Assembly: GCA_028534125.1 (NCBI GenBank)
Contig: CM052818.1
Span: forward strand, 31,064,001-31,128,000
Reading direction: 5' to 3'
Length of the DNA: 64,000 nt
Origin: Lama glama
Taxonomy: Eukaryota
Below, in pieces: positions 11,896 to 24,449 of the stretch. Numbering within the stretch: the stretch's first letter is position 1; every line of letters starts with the position of its first letter. The position numbers and the translations under genes are program-made. A model generated the notes under the pieces. It was not told the DNA's origin. It saw only the letters and a list, made by a program, of their open reading frames with translations, and searched no databases.

Positions 11896-12109
11896 GCGGC
11901 TCTCACGTTGAGGACAGAGCGGCAGGCACTCGTGTCCGCACCAGAAAGAAAGTGCTGCAGGTGTGGGGGAGTCCCTCACGCACAGGCCCTTAGCAATGGC
12001 TCCCTGATACATTAAGTCGTTTTACATCTTTGACAACTGTTAGCCATGGTGACCCTCAGATCCATCCATCCATCAGCCATCCTCCTTGAGGTGGACAGGG
12101 GGAAGGGAA

Positions 12110-12290
12110 CTAGCATTGGGGGAGCTATAGTTATGTGCCAACTGTATGCTTTGGGGCTCTACAGTCACTACTTTGTGGAATGCTGACAGTATCCTATCAG
12201 GTAGGTGGTTGCACAGATTTTACAGATGAGGAACTTGAGCCTCAGAAGTGAAATAACCAGTCAAGGTTGCCCAACTGATATGTGGCAGAG
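12110..12290 (-). mobile_element. MIR SINE fragment
   Basis: 'attttacagatgaggaacttgagcctcagaagtgaaataaccagtcaagg'. Confidence 0.75.
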
Positions 12291-14049
12291 CGGTCCGCCT
12301 CTTCTCAGGGGCTGTGCTGCCTCGAGTGCACGGCAGTTCAGCCCCAAATGCATCTGTAAATCACTAAGCAATAAATATTTACTAAGCACCTGTCATGTGA
12401 CAGGCATGATGAAAGGAGCTGGCCACTGACCTTGGCCTCAAAGACAATGAGTGAAGAAAAATGGGTTTTATTTTAGAGAGGGTTGTGGGCGGTAGGGGAG
12501 GCAGAGAGAGTGGGAGGGAGGGCGTGCACAGGGTCACTTTGGCTATAAGAGGTCACTTGAGTACAAAGTTCACAGAGGAGGGACTGGGAAGGCTTCTCAA
12601 AGGATGGACAGACAGACAGGAAGGCTGAGTTGTAAGGCTAATAGGACAAGAGGAAGAGAGGGTGGAATTCCAGACACAGGAACCCAAATCTGCTTCTTCT
12701 CACTGTCTTGGAGCCCCTGGCTCATCCCTGGTGATAATATGATGGCTATATAAATGACATACAACAAGTTCATTATCTTTATGAACTTGTGATGGTTCAT
12801 TTAGAGATTGGAGAAGAACATGGGACCACAGAAAGGCTGAGCCATCTCCTAGGAACCCACTTCTGGGCCTCCCAGCAGATGGGATGCAGGGAGGCTAGGT
12901 GTTCCCTCTGTGTCCCCGTGGTACCCTGTGTCCTCATGGAAGGCTCTGTGTCCATGTCTTTCACTGAGCACAGCACCCCCACAAACAGGTGATGTAGCAC
13001 TTACTCCATAACCAGCACCTCCTCTGTTCGTGTATCTATCCCCCAGTCCCCATTTGCTTGTATGCACCTCCAAGGAAGAGACCCACCTGCATCTGGCAGC
13101 ATCAGCCCCCAAAGGGCACGTGTTGAACTGACCCTCCCCGCCTGCCCCCAGGTGGACCAAACTAGATTTTCCAGGTTAAGCTACACCCTCGTTACTCCTT
13201 TGTCCAATCAGCCAGGCCAAGGTCATAGACATTTTTCTGTCCAGAACAGACCCTTGCAACTTAGGCAGCACAAGCAGGCAGTAGTTCATCCTAACTGCTA
13301 AGAACATCCTCTTGGATCGTGAAGCTGATGAAAACCTCTCAGACCTAGCCTCTGCTGATGGATAGTCAGGTGCTTCTCCCTGCTGCCCTGGGGAATTGAT
13401 AATACACACTTAGCAGGACCTCAAAACATTCAGAACTGTCTTGAGGGAGCTCCCGCTGTCCTCGAGGTTACTCAGGTGCCCTGCACAGGACTGGCCCTCC
13501 TAAGAGTGGCAGGGCAGTAGGCAGAGAGCCCAGAGTGGTGACCACTGACTGCTCTCCCCTGCCACAGTTGGCTTTGGGACATCAGACTGAAGCAGCTTCA
13601 GGGTAATGGCCAACCTGTGAAGTGGTGCCTGGTGTGGGGAACCTATAGCAAGATAAGGTGGCACCAGCAGCTGTGTCCCAACCACTGGATGTAGTTCAGA
13701 TTCCACAACCCAAAACTCTAATATGGAAGAGTTCTCTAATGGGAACCCAGTATGGCCCAGCGCTAATTCTCCAGCATGAAACAAACTAATTCCTGGGAAG
13801 ACAGGTCTGACCACCTCTGCCTCGTGTCTACCCATTCTCTCTAACTGCAGCAGCCCAAACACATTGCCTTGGCTTCTTTATTTCTCTGGTAGAGTTATAA
13901 GAAAAATCTAGAATACTGAGCACAAGCAGAAGTTTGAAGGAACATTTCTAGTCCAACTCGAGCTTCTTGGCAGGCCTGTCCCCACTTACCAGCCATTTGC
14001 TTCTATTTTTAAATGCCTTTAGAAGTCACTCTTAATTTGCTCCAATCAA

Positions 14050-14290
14050 ATCAATACCTAGTGATGCCTACTCCACACAAGCAGCCAGGGTCTACTGAGG
14101 CTACAGTGAAATGAAATGCCCTTGCCTTGCCTGTAACTGCCCCATAAGGAAGGTGGTATTTCCTGTTTGCAGAGCAGAAAACTGTTTCAGAGCAGTGCAG
14201 TAGCTTCTCCAAGGACACACCGCAGGTGGGGGTGGGGGGATAGCGGGGCAGGTAGGACTGGAATCCAATTCTTTCAGCTCCAGATCCCAG
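14050..14290 (-). mobile_element. Degenerate MIR
   Basis: 'tttgcagagcagaaaactgtttcagagcagtgcagtagcttctccaaggacacac'. Confidence 0.5.
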
Positions 14291-14686
14291 GCCCCTTGTT
14301 CTCTTTCCTCCACCCCCGCCCCCAGAAAATGCAGCTTTAAAAATCTAGTCAAGAAAAATATGAAACTGGTATTATATATAGCATAACTAAGGAGTTCAAA
14401 ATGTACCACATTTTAAAAATTGTCTTTTGTTTGTGGTGAGGAAAGCTGAAACTTGATGACTAGGCCAGTTTGGTTGAAAAAAAGATCCATCTCACTCTTT
14501 TTTTGTCTTTTTTTTTTTTTGCTGGACAACATCCTAGAGTGCATACCCGAGAATGAACACATTGTATTTTTTTGAATTTGACTTTGTAAAGATGTCTTTA
14601 TTCTACCTCCCATGTATTTTCTCTCTGGCTGTGCATGAAATTCTAAGGTGATAAACGATTTACCCTCAGAATTCTGAAGGCATTAC

Positions 14687-15136
14687 TGCCCAGAACTGTG
14701 AAGGGTCAGGTGGAACCCTCCTTGCAAGCTAGCCTGCTGGCTGCCGTTTCAGGGAGGCTAATGAAGACACAAGGCTCCTGGGTCAGAGACAGGATAGCTT
14801 GTTGTTCACAGCAGTGGGAGAAGCTGGAATATCAGCATTTTTTGCACCTGTTCCCCTAACCCCCATTCTCCTAGGGAACATAAAGAGGGCCAGGTGACAC
14901 CTGCACACGCACAATGGGTTATGTTATAAGAGAGGAACCTGGAGCTTAGGGAACCTGAATCTTTTATAGTGGTCGTGCCTGCCTTTTGCTCTGGAGGGAA
15001 ACACTCTCTGTCTTCCAAAGTTGTTCACTCTACAAACATGCTTGAAAAGGTAGTTCATCTGAAACAAAGGGCAGTCAGGGCCTCTCTCCCAAGATACTCA
15101 GAAATGCAAGAGACACATGGCATAGTGTCTGCCAGA
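14687..15136 (-). mobile_element. LTR40-like (ERVL) solo LTR
   Basis: Matches the reverse complement of recalled LTR40: 'agaactgtgaagggtc...ctcctgggtcagagaca...aacaaagggcagtcagggcctct...agaaatgcaagagacacatgg'. Confidence 0.8.
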
Positions 15137-15199
15137 AGCTGTCTCCGTGCCTCCCAGCTTCCACCACTGCTCCTGAGCTTCCACTAATGTCAGTGCGGG

Positions 15200-15900
15200 C
15201 GTTGTCTGTGGTTTGTTGCCTTTTGTTTTCCTCCCTGGAAGTCTTTGGACCATCTCTTTATACCTGGTCTTCTGAAATTTCCAAATGTCAATTTGGAGAC
15301 TCTTATATCCTGCCTTTCTCGAGATTTTTCTTCTACTGTTTCTTTGATTATTAGGTGGCCTTTTTCTCCCTTGGACACCCCTTTATGGAATTCTCTACTT
15401 TTCTTTGGGTTTGTTTGCACTGTCATTCAGGTTGGAGGATTTTCCTCAAGTTTCCAATTACCTATGGATATAAGAGTGTATTGAAGAATCAGAGACTAAA
15501 ACAGCTGGGAATTCTGTGTGTATGGCCAGGGCGTGCCACCTGGTGAGCCAAACCATAGGGTGATCAAAGGTGATTTGGCTTTTTCACTGTGGGAGTGAGG
15601 GGTTCCAGTTGTCAAAATCAGTAGGTGTTTGCTGTTACTTCCTCTGGTTTCTCTAGAGAACCCACTTTTGGTTTCCTACGTGGGAGATTTATGCCAGGTT
15701 TGGTTTTCTGGAGATAAGGGAAGAGAACTGAGGCTACCACATTTCAGCAAGCATGCTTTATGAAGGAGAAGAAATAAATGCACTTGATTAACGAATGCAC
15801 CTTGACCCTCACGTTCTCATAGTGGTCCTATGCTCATCCCTAGCCTCTGATAGGGTGGGCCTTAGCTTAGAGCCTGAGACTCCTCTTCTGCTGCAGAGGA
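15200..15900 (-). mobile_element. Ancient L1 (L1ME/L1M-type) ORF1/5' fragments
   Basis: T-rich 'catctctttatacctggtcttctgaaatttc...ttttcttctactgtttctttgattatt' is typical of antisense old L1. Confidence 0.5.
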
Positions 15901-16344
15901 AATTACCTGGAAATTGATCCAGTCAACAGGGTATGTGATTCCAACTTCCTGATTCTCACCAGGCTCTCTCATGCAGACACTCATCCTTTATGGGTCTGTT
16001 TGAGAGGGGCCGTCTGATGGAGGCATCCTGAAGAGGGCAGTGACATTTCCTCATGGAGCATTCTTCAGAAAATGCCTGCTTTGCTTTTTCTCTGTCCTTG
16101 ATTTGACCTTGATTTCTTGGGACCCTTCTTCTTGAAAAGCTTTCTTCACCCAGTGTTTGTGAGCTCGTCACACTCACTTTCTGAGCATCTGGTTCACGTG
16201 CCTTGAGGACCTCCTGCCTCTTGGTAAGCCTTCATTAAGTCTTTAAGTTCAGAGGTGAGCACTATTAGGAGACCTTCTGTAACCATCCCCTTGTAAGCGC
16301 CTGCACTCACAGAGCAGGAGAGCCCATCCTCTCTTCCGACAGTG

Positions 16345-16445
16345 TGCCAGTTTACTGTCAGAATCTCAGTGGCTGGGGCCTGGGAATGTGTATTTTGAGA
16401 ACATTCCATAAGTGATTCTTGTGACCGACTAGTTGACAAGGGTCT
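16345..16445. mobile_element. MER5-like hAT-Charlie fragment
   Basis: 'tcagaatctcagtggctggggcctgggaatgtgtattttgagaacattccataagtgattctt'. Confidence 0.6.
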
Positions 16446-16999
16446 GTACACCCTTGCCTCTCATGATTGATGCCTGCATTTAGAGCTCATATGTCCTGAG
16501 CCACATGTCCCTGGGTCAGACTACCTGCCCGCTTCAACCTCTGCCAACCCACTGCCCTGGCCAGGCCTTGTATCCCCACTCAGCTATGATCCTCCCACCC
16601 GGCTCTTCTCTGTCCTCACACTGGCCTCCTGGACTCAGGAGGGCTTACTTGCCCTAGCTGACTCATGTCCTTCCCTACCCTCCACCTCACCACCTGCCAC
16701 CACCCACACACCCAAACCTGATATCCTTCCTCACTCTACCCTGAACCACTCAAATCTGCCTGGGCTGCAGGTCCTGTAAATAGAAAGAATGCTGTTGGGT
16801 GCTGCAGTGTTTGGTCTCATCAGTGATGCAGACAAAGAACTTTGAGGAGGAAGGGATGACCTCAGGATGGCATCTTGGGGAGATGTCACAGTGAAATGGG
16901 ATTTCAGCCAGAGTTTTAGTGGAGGAGTATTTTTGCATATTCATAGAGGAGGGTGAAGTCAAATCTGGGAAATACTTGCCAAATGCTATTACAATACAA

Positions 17000-17240
17000 G
17001 TGCTACTACTATTACTATTCCTACTAATAATCATATGTATTACCATCAAATCCGTACTCTAGGATAAGCACTGCATATGTGTGTGTGTTATGTATATAAT
17101 TTTAGACTTTCAACAGCCCTGCAAGGGAGGAATTGTTATTCCCATTTTACAGATGTGGAAAATGAGGCATAGAGAAGAGTGGCTCTTTCAAGACCTCAAA
17201 AATACTAAGTGCTTAGAGGAAGACTGGCAGCCCAGTCTAT
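17000..17240 (-). mobile_element. MIR SINE
   Basis: 'ttattcccattttacagatgtggaaaatgaggcatagaga'. Confidence 0.85.
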
Positions 17241-17861
17241 TGACTGGTTTCTTTTCTCCTTGCAGTTTGTTCCCGCTGCTTCCCTGTAATTAAAGAATGC
17301 AGCTCTCCCCTCTGGGAGCAGCAGCCTCCTCTCCGTCTTCCCAGGGAGACATCTGCAGATAAAACTCAAATCAAATCACACTGTGCCTCCCTTCAGCATG
17401 GAGACCGGCAGGCTCCTCCCTCGCGGGTATCCATTACTCTGGTAGGTGAAGTGTGGCTAATCGTGGTAATCCGGCACAACCGTGAGAGTCGTCTGCAGGG
17501 TGAAGTGGTGTGGCCAGGCTGCTAGCCTGTTTCACTCTACATCCTTCTTTTTCCTTCCGCATTGCTCTCTGAATCATTTACTCAGAGATTAAAAACATTC
17601 ATGGTTCGATGCAGCCCCAGATCTGAATTACTTTGTAAAACTTTTAAAGTGCCTTTAGGGTTAGGTAAGCAAGAACATAACTGACTTGTGTTTTCATGAA
17701 AGCAATTTTTAACATTTAAAATATAGAAAACAAACATGTTGGCACTTGAGACACCAATATATGCCAGCCTGTTCAGTACTTATACAATACATGAAAATCT
17801 AGGTTTGCAGAAAGGTTAAACTAGTTTACAAGGATGCTTTGGACAGGAATTCCAATAAAAA

Positions 17862-18030
17862 ACCTGAGGTCCAGCCCTACCACTTACTGGCACCTCTCTG
17901 TACCTCAGTGTTCATCTCTGTAAAATGGAGAGATGTCAGATTAAGTTGTTTCACCTGTCCCACAAGGCTGTCATGAGAATCTAATGAGTTCTAGATTGTA
18001 AACTGAGATGTGCTATAGGAAGGTAAGGCC
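17862..18030 (+). mobile_element. MIR SINE
   Basis: 'cctctctgtacctcagtgttcatctctgtaaaatggaga'. Confidence 0.8.
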
Positions 18031-18969
18031 CTTTTGATGAGAGAAGTGTAGGGCCAGGGCATGGAGAGAAGGACAGGTACCATCCTGTCGAGGGGTGATA
18101 CCCCAGGTTGCTACAGAACCAGCCTCGCACCTAGATCAGCTTGTGAACAGTTTATCCTCCGTTGCCTCCACAGAATATGAGCTGTTTCAAGTCCCATTAT
18201 CCTGCACATCATCACCCCGCAGCCCTGCGATTCAGTTAAACACCGCAGCTCCTGAGTACATTTTAATTTCTGATCATTAGTTACAAGATTTTCTTGTTAA
18301 TTCTGATTCAGCAGATTTTGCTGAGACAGCTCTCTTTTTTTCCCTTTGATTTTGGTCATGCTGCACACAGCCTATTCAGACAGACAATAAATCTGGTGAC
18401 TAACCTCCCTCCTGAGGAGGATGAATCATCTGCATTTCTGGAAAGGACACAGCCAGGGGGGTGGTGACAGGGAGGGGGCCTCCCCTCAGGCTTCTTTGTA
18501 GGTGACTCTGGGGGACCTTCTTGATTCTGGCCCCAGGACACAAACCTGCCAAGGGTGATTACATCAGATATAATGAGATTATCCCAGAGCCCAATAGCAG
18601 GCAAGTCAGGGGGGACAAAACTAGAAAAACAGGACAACTCAGCAAAATGAGTTCCTGCTTTCTGCAGCTTTTATTAGATCACAGTTATTGGGGACTGAAT
18701 TTGCTGTCCATTTATCTAACCTGGAGGTACCAACAGAATTTTGCAACCAGAGAGATTGGTTTTGGGCACTGCACCTCCTCCTCCCTCCTTGTGTCTACTT
18801 GCTCGCCCTGTCTGTTGGCATGAGTAGGTTTATTGTCCTCCTTGGTCTGATAGGTGACCCCTCCCAACCTTGGACCCAGAAAAACGATGAGCTCCTTCAA
18901 ACTAAAATGTCGTTCTTGTCAGTTGTAACACCCTTCCCGGGGTCTGGTGGTCTTTTCACACATTCTTAA

Positions 18970-19210
18970 GAGCCAACACTCACGGAGGATTTACCATGTG
19001 CTGGGCATTCTTCTTAACCCTTTTATGTATTTAGTCACTTAACTGCCCTATCTACCCTGTGAGATAGGTATAATAACTATCCCCATTTTACAGAGGAGGA
19101 AACTGAGGCATAAAAAAAGTTAAATAGCTGTCTTGTAGTCACCCATGTAGGAAGTGGCAAGGCTGGGATTTGGTCCCCAGTTCCAGCGTCCATGCCCTTA
19201 GCAATTGCAC
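18970..19210 (-). mobile_element. MIR SINE
   Basis: 'tatccccattttacagaggaggaaactgaggca...gtggcaaggctgggattt'. Confidence 0.85.
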
Positions 19211-19593
19211 TTTATTGATGAAACTTGATTTTGTCACAAGATACTGCTGGAGTGACTGGATGCAATAACAGGATAGCTCAGTATCTGGGGGAGAGAGAGG
19301 GCCTGGGTTGAAGCTATGACAGGGATGGTCTGGAGCTGGAGGAACAGACCTAGCTGGGTGACTCAGAGGAAGTCCTCCCTAATGGGATCCAATCCAAGGC
19401 AAGCCATAGCAGACAAGCAGTGGACATCATGGAAGCTGACATAAGATGGAGAAGTGTCCCAGACCAACAGATGATTCAGGGCCAGAAACATTTAGCAGGG
19501 CAGGCATCAGGGCAACTGCCAGCAGGCTACAGGACCCAGGCTGGACCCTAAGCCAAGGTGAGCTTGGGAGCAGGAGTTAAGAGCAAGTTAGGA

Positions 19594-20818
19594 ATCCCTA
19601 CCTCATATCATATACAAAAATTAACTCAACGTGAATCATTGACCTAAATATAAGAGCTAAAGTCATAAAACTCTTAGAAGAACACATAGAGGTAAATCTT
19701 CATGATCTTAGATTTGGCAGTGATTTCTCAAATATGACACCAAAAGCACAAGCAATATAAGATAAAAGTAGACAAATAGTACTTCAGCAGAATTTGGAAT
19801 GTTTGTACATAAAAGGGCATTATCAAGCAAGTGAAAAGATAACTTAGAAAATGGGGAAAAATATCTGAAAATCATATATCTAATAAGAGTCTAGTATCCA
19901 GAATATATAAAGAACTCCTACAACTCAGCAATAAAAGGACAAACAATCTAACTTAAAAAATAGATGAAGGAACAAAATAGACATTTCTCCAAAGGAGACA
20001 TACAAGTGGCCGACAAGCACATGAAAAGATGCCCGGCATCAGTAGTTATTAGAAAAATACAAGTCAAAACCACAGTGAGATACCACTTAATCCCTACTAG
20101 GGTAACTGTAATTATAAAACAAAAACAACACAGAAGACAAGTGTAGACAAGGATGTGGAGAAATGAGAACGCTTGTACATTGCTAGGGAGAATAGAAATG
20201 GTTCAGCCACTTTGGAAAACAGTTTGGTGTTCCTGAAAAAGTTAAGCATTGAGTTTATCACATAACCCAGCCATCCCACTCCTAAATATAAACCCGAAAG
20301 AAAGGAAAACAGCTAATCAAACAAATACAAGCCCGTGCATCTTCCTCACAGCACAATTCGCAATAGCCAAAAGTGAGACAATACAAATGTTCGCCAAGGA
20401 AGAAATGGGTAAACAAATTGTGGTGTCTGCATACAATGGGATATTGTTCCGACGTAAAAAGAAAGAAAGTACTGATACCTGCTACAGTGGGGATGAACTT
20501 TGGAAACATTATGCTAAGTGAAAGAAGCCAGACACAAAGGGCCTCCTATTGTGTGATTCCCTTTATAGGAAATATTGAAAATAGGTAAATCCATGGAGAC
20601 AGCAGAATGGTGGTTTCCAGGGACTTGGGGGAGACAGAAATGAAGAGTAACGGCTTAATGGGTATGGAGTTTTTTTGGAGTGATGAAAATGTTTTGGAAC
20701 AAGGTAGTCATGGCTGCACAACATTATAAATGTATGAATGTACGATGCCCCTGAATTGCTTTACTTTAAGATGGTGAACTTTATGTTATGTGAATTTAAC
20801 CTCAATTAAAAATAAAAT
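19594..20818 (+). mobile_element. 5'-truncated L1 (L1MB-type ORF2 end, 3' UTR, A tail)
   Basis: ORF2 C-terminal remnants (NRHFSKGDIQVADKHMKRC..., HNPAIPLL), L1MB-type 3' UTR and A-rich tail. Flanked by aagttagga at 19585-19593 and 20819-20827. Confidence 0.93.
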
Positions 20819-21994
20819 AAGTTAGGACCTTAGAACAACCGTGGCACCAGGCAGGGACCAAGACAGGTTCCCAGGTACAGAAGTATCAGTGATGTGGGAC
20901 CAAGTCTTTGCTACAAGGCAATAGCCCAGTTATTAGCCGGGGGGGTCTGAGGCTAAGCCTCAGCATATGGGGCCAGGGTTCCCCAAGCAGGTGTAGCCCT
21001 GGGAGAGGGTCGGGGCAGAGCCCACAGGGAAGATGGACTGTGTTTGACTGGGCACAGGAACCTGGGGTCCTCTTTCCAGGTGGGAAGTTATTAGCCAGGA
21101 GAGGCAAAAGCAGTCACCATGGTCAGCTCCTGTGATTGACCATTTCTGACCTACCTCCCTCCCTCCCTCCACTTGGGTAAACCTGGAGCTTTAGATGAAT
21201 GCATTTGGCTGATAATGGATCCCAAACACAAAGGAACAGGTGGGAGGGGGAGAGAAGGAGGGAATGTTCTGTTGTTGTTCAGAAAATGAACAAAACAGCT
21301 GGAGGTAAAGCTTTTGTTACAGGCTGCCATCTCTGATTCATGTGTCTTTCTGATTCTGACTACGGTTTGAGTGAGCCGGGAAGAGCAATTATTACCTCTC
21401 GCGCTGCGCCCACCAGCATGGGGTTTATTAGAAGCCAGCCCTTAGGTGTTTTAGAGCGAGCCCATCATCACACAGAAGAGGCCCCTGCCCCACGTGGAGA
21501 GCCACTGCCCCCACTCAGATGCCCAGCACAGTGCGTTCAGAAAGCCCGAGGCCCAGAGGAGGAATTCCAGGGCTCTCCGGGAACCCCCAGTTGCTAGTAT
21601 GAAACATGGAGTATGGAAGCCTCAGCCAAGACCCTGCAGAGCCAAGCACTGGGGGCTGAGAGTTGAGGGTTGAGTGTTTAGGTCTTTTAACCTCCCTCTT
21701 TGCCATCAGCCAGGAGTGGCTGGAAAGGATAGGAAGTTATGAAAAGGAGCAAGAGGCCCTTGACACGTCCACCCCCTTGTGCCCACCCTCCATCCCGCTC
21801 TTCCTTCCTGTTTCCTGGGCTGCTCCTTCTCATTTCCCCTGAGGCTGCCTCTTGCCCACAAAGCTCTCCAAACTTGTCAGCGTCTTCTCTACTCAAACTC
21901 TCCGGCCGAGCTGAACGACTGCTGTTCCGAGGGGAGACTCTTGCTGCCTCTTCCTGTGACTGCTTCTGCTTCACCCTGGTTGGGCCCTGCCCTC

Positions 21995-22296
21995 CAGCCC
22001 CACCTGTTGTCACTGTACCCTGCCAGGAAGGCCAGTTGGCACGGTCTCCGTTTTGAGGTCTTTCTTGATTGCCCACCCAGATATGCTCCACCTACCTCTA
22101 AACCAACCAGGACCTGTTTGTGCCTCTCCTGAAGGCTTATACTGTTCCATCTCAGATCATAGTTCTTTCTGGACTTGTCTTAACTCCCCTTACTAGGCTG
22201 CGTGGGTTACCTCTGAACCAGCTCACACCAGCGCTGGACCCAGCCCATGTAAGATGATACGTGTTTGTTGAATGAATGAATGAATGAATGAATGAA
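21995..22296 (+). mobile_element. L2 3' end with (TGAA)7 tail
   Basis: 'tgtttgttgaatgaatgaat...' is the L2 terminus. (TGAA)7 at 22269-22296. Confidence 0.75.
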
Positions 22297-23099
22297 CTTT
22301 CAAACCTGAGTCAAGTAGAAGAGTCTCCAGGACACTGCTTAGCCATACACAGACCTCTGTGACTTACTGTGCAGAAAGCCCACCTTGCTGATAAAGTGAA
22401 TGCGAGGACGTAGTGCAGAGGTTCCGGGCCAGCCCTCTACCTCTCTGAGAAGTCCCCTGGCCTTCTGCTCTCTCATCTAAGGGACCAGGCCTGGAAAGCA
22501 GAAATAAAGGAGGCAGCTGAGTCCCTTTTTATCAAAGCTGACACTGACTCAGTCCTAGGCATGCTGAAGTTCAGGAACATAAACCACTGGGGAAGGGGAC
22601 AGAGCCAGGACCAGGTGGGGGAGAAAGCGGGCAGCAGAGATGCCAGGCATAGCAGTGTCACCACTCTGTCACCTGCCCGGTTGGCAGAAGAACGCCAGGT
22701 AGGACTGGCAGTCCAAGGGGCAGGGAAAGGGCCTACAGGATGTCAGGGCTCCAGCAGGTGAGCGGGGCCTCTCTGCCCAAGGGCATAAAGCAGCTGCCCA
22801 TCCCCCTTGTGAACTGAACAACCCCAGCAGGCCGGGGAGGGGCAGGCCCCAAACAGATGGGTCCCAGGTATGAGATCTTCCCTGAGCCCAGGCAGACACC
22901 TGATGAGAGTGAGCCAGTTAACTCCTGACCCAGGGGTAACTAGAGGGGGTGGGGGCCAGGGTAGTGGGGGTTGAAATGTTCCATAGAAGTGCAGGTGCTC
23001 CCTCCTCCCACCCTCCCCGCTTCTCTCCCTCACCCTTCACTCCTCTCTAGCAAACCTGGCTGGGCTGCCCCAGCTGCCTCCTCCCATCCTCCCCTCCTT

Positions 23100-23314
23100 C
23101 TCCCAATTAAAAAATCTATTCTGTATTTCCTCCATGCAGCACCCTTAATATTAGGTCTGAAAACAATTTGCAATCAGTTGCACTCATTAATCTAATTGAA
23201 TTTAATTTCCTTTTCTTGGTGTTAGGGGTGAGTGAACTCCATATGCTGACTTATGTAAAGCAATATGCAAATTTGTATCTTGAGCCCAGAGCCCTGCAAA
23301 TGTTTTTGATTACC
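23100..23314. promoter_or_regulatory. Putative enhancer (homeodomain/POU/SOX/bZIP motif cluster)
   Basis: Repeat-free AT-rich island with AAACAAT 23161, TAATCTAATTG 23188, TGCTGAC 23244, TTATGTAA 23251, ATGCAAAT 23265. Function is inferred. Confidence 0.45.
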
Positions 23315-23340
23315 AAAAAAAAAAAAAAAAAAAAAAAAAA
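23315..23340. repeat. A26 homopolymer
   Basis: 26 consecutive A. Confidence 0.95.
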
Positions 23341-23699
23341 GCCATGCCGAGGCCCCAGGGAAAAGCACCACTGCAGTTTCTGGCCTCACACCCCTTTCTT
23401 CCAGCGGCCTAGACACAATATCCCCTTGCTGTGCCCGCTGGTAGCTTGGTCACCCTTGTTCCTGCACTCTCAGGACCCTCGAAGGGGTCCCTAGGAAACT
23501 GAACATCATCTTTCCTACTTTAACTCCCCAGAATCTGAGTTCTTTCCTTTGTTATGCTGCTGCTTGTTCTCCCTCAGCCCCTCATTAAGCTTAGGAATGG
23601 ATTCTAACTTTTGCTGGAAAGTCTGATGAGCATCTTGTTGGTGAGACATTCTGCTTAGGGAGGTGGAGGACAGTGCCTTGCCAGCTGTCCCAGATCCTT

Positions 23700-23714
23700 C
23701 CAGCAGAGGGCAGT
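23700..23714 (+). promoter_or_regulatory. CTCF binding motif
   Basis: CCAGCAGAGGGCAGT matches the core consensus CCASYAGRKGGCRSY at every position. Confidence 0.6.
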
Positions 23715-23969
23715 GCTTGTAGGGCTTGAGTGGGGAGCCCAGCCACAGTGCAAGGATACCAGGCAAGCACCCCAAGGACTCCTCTCAGCTCCCACGGAGA
23801 CAGGATGGTGTTACCCATGGATGACAACGGAACAGAGGTCTCATGAGCCTTGTCTAGCCGTGAATGAGTCCCAAGTCCTTGATGTAGCCCTGCCCTGAAG
23901 GGCTGCCACGTGGGCATCAAGGCTGGGAGTCATGGAAGGGCTTGTGCCCCTGGTGCTTCTGCTCTGTTA

Positions 23970-24140
23970 GAGTGTGATTTTTGGATTTGCTTCAGAATAA
24001 CTCGGGGTGGGGAGGAGGGGGAATTATTACACGGAGTAGAGAAGGAGCAAGATTGGCCATGAGCTAAAAATGGTTAAAGGTGATTCATTGGGATTTATTA
24101 TACTTTTCTGTTTCCATATTTGTTTGAAATTTTCCATCTT
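23970..24140 (+). mobile_element. L1ME-type 3' end fragment
   Basis: 'ggatttgcttcagaataactc...caagattggccatgag...tatttgtttgaaattttccat'. Confidence 0.7.
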
Positions 24141-24449
24141 AATTCTGAAGCTGGATCCAAGATCTGGCTTTTCTGCTTCCCAGTGGGTGGGAGCTTATAG
24201 AGCAAAGGAGAAAAGCCAAAGGGGGCCTAATTATCAGCTCCCGTCACGCCTAGACCAGTGTGGATGGAGGCTACGCACACTGTCTTCCCGCCTCCCCAGG
24301 CAGGGTAAGGGAAGGGCAGTCTGTGGCGCACAGAGGGCGGGGGTGGCGCTGTCCCAGCCAGCTGACCAACCTGTGGTTCCCCGAGGACGCTGGTTTGGCC
24401 CAGAGAAGGACAACGCTCCTAGCAGTAGGTTCCAGACAGTAAAACAGCA

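Noticed and set aside
12764..12790. Perfect 10-bp inverted repeat acaagttcat/atgaacttgt with a 7-nt loop
   Set aside because: About one such stem is expected by chance in 64 kb, and there is no supporting context.
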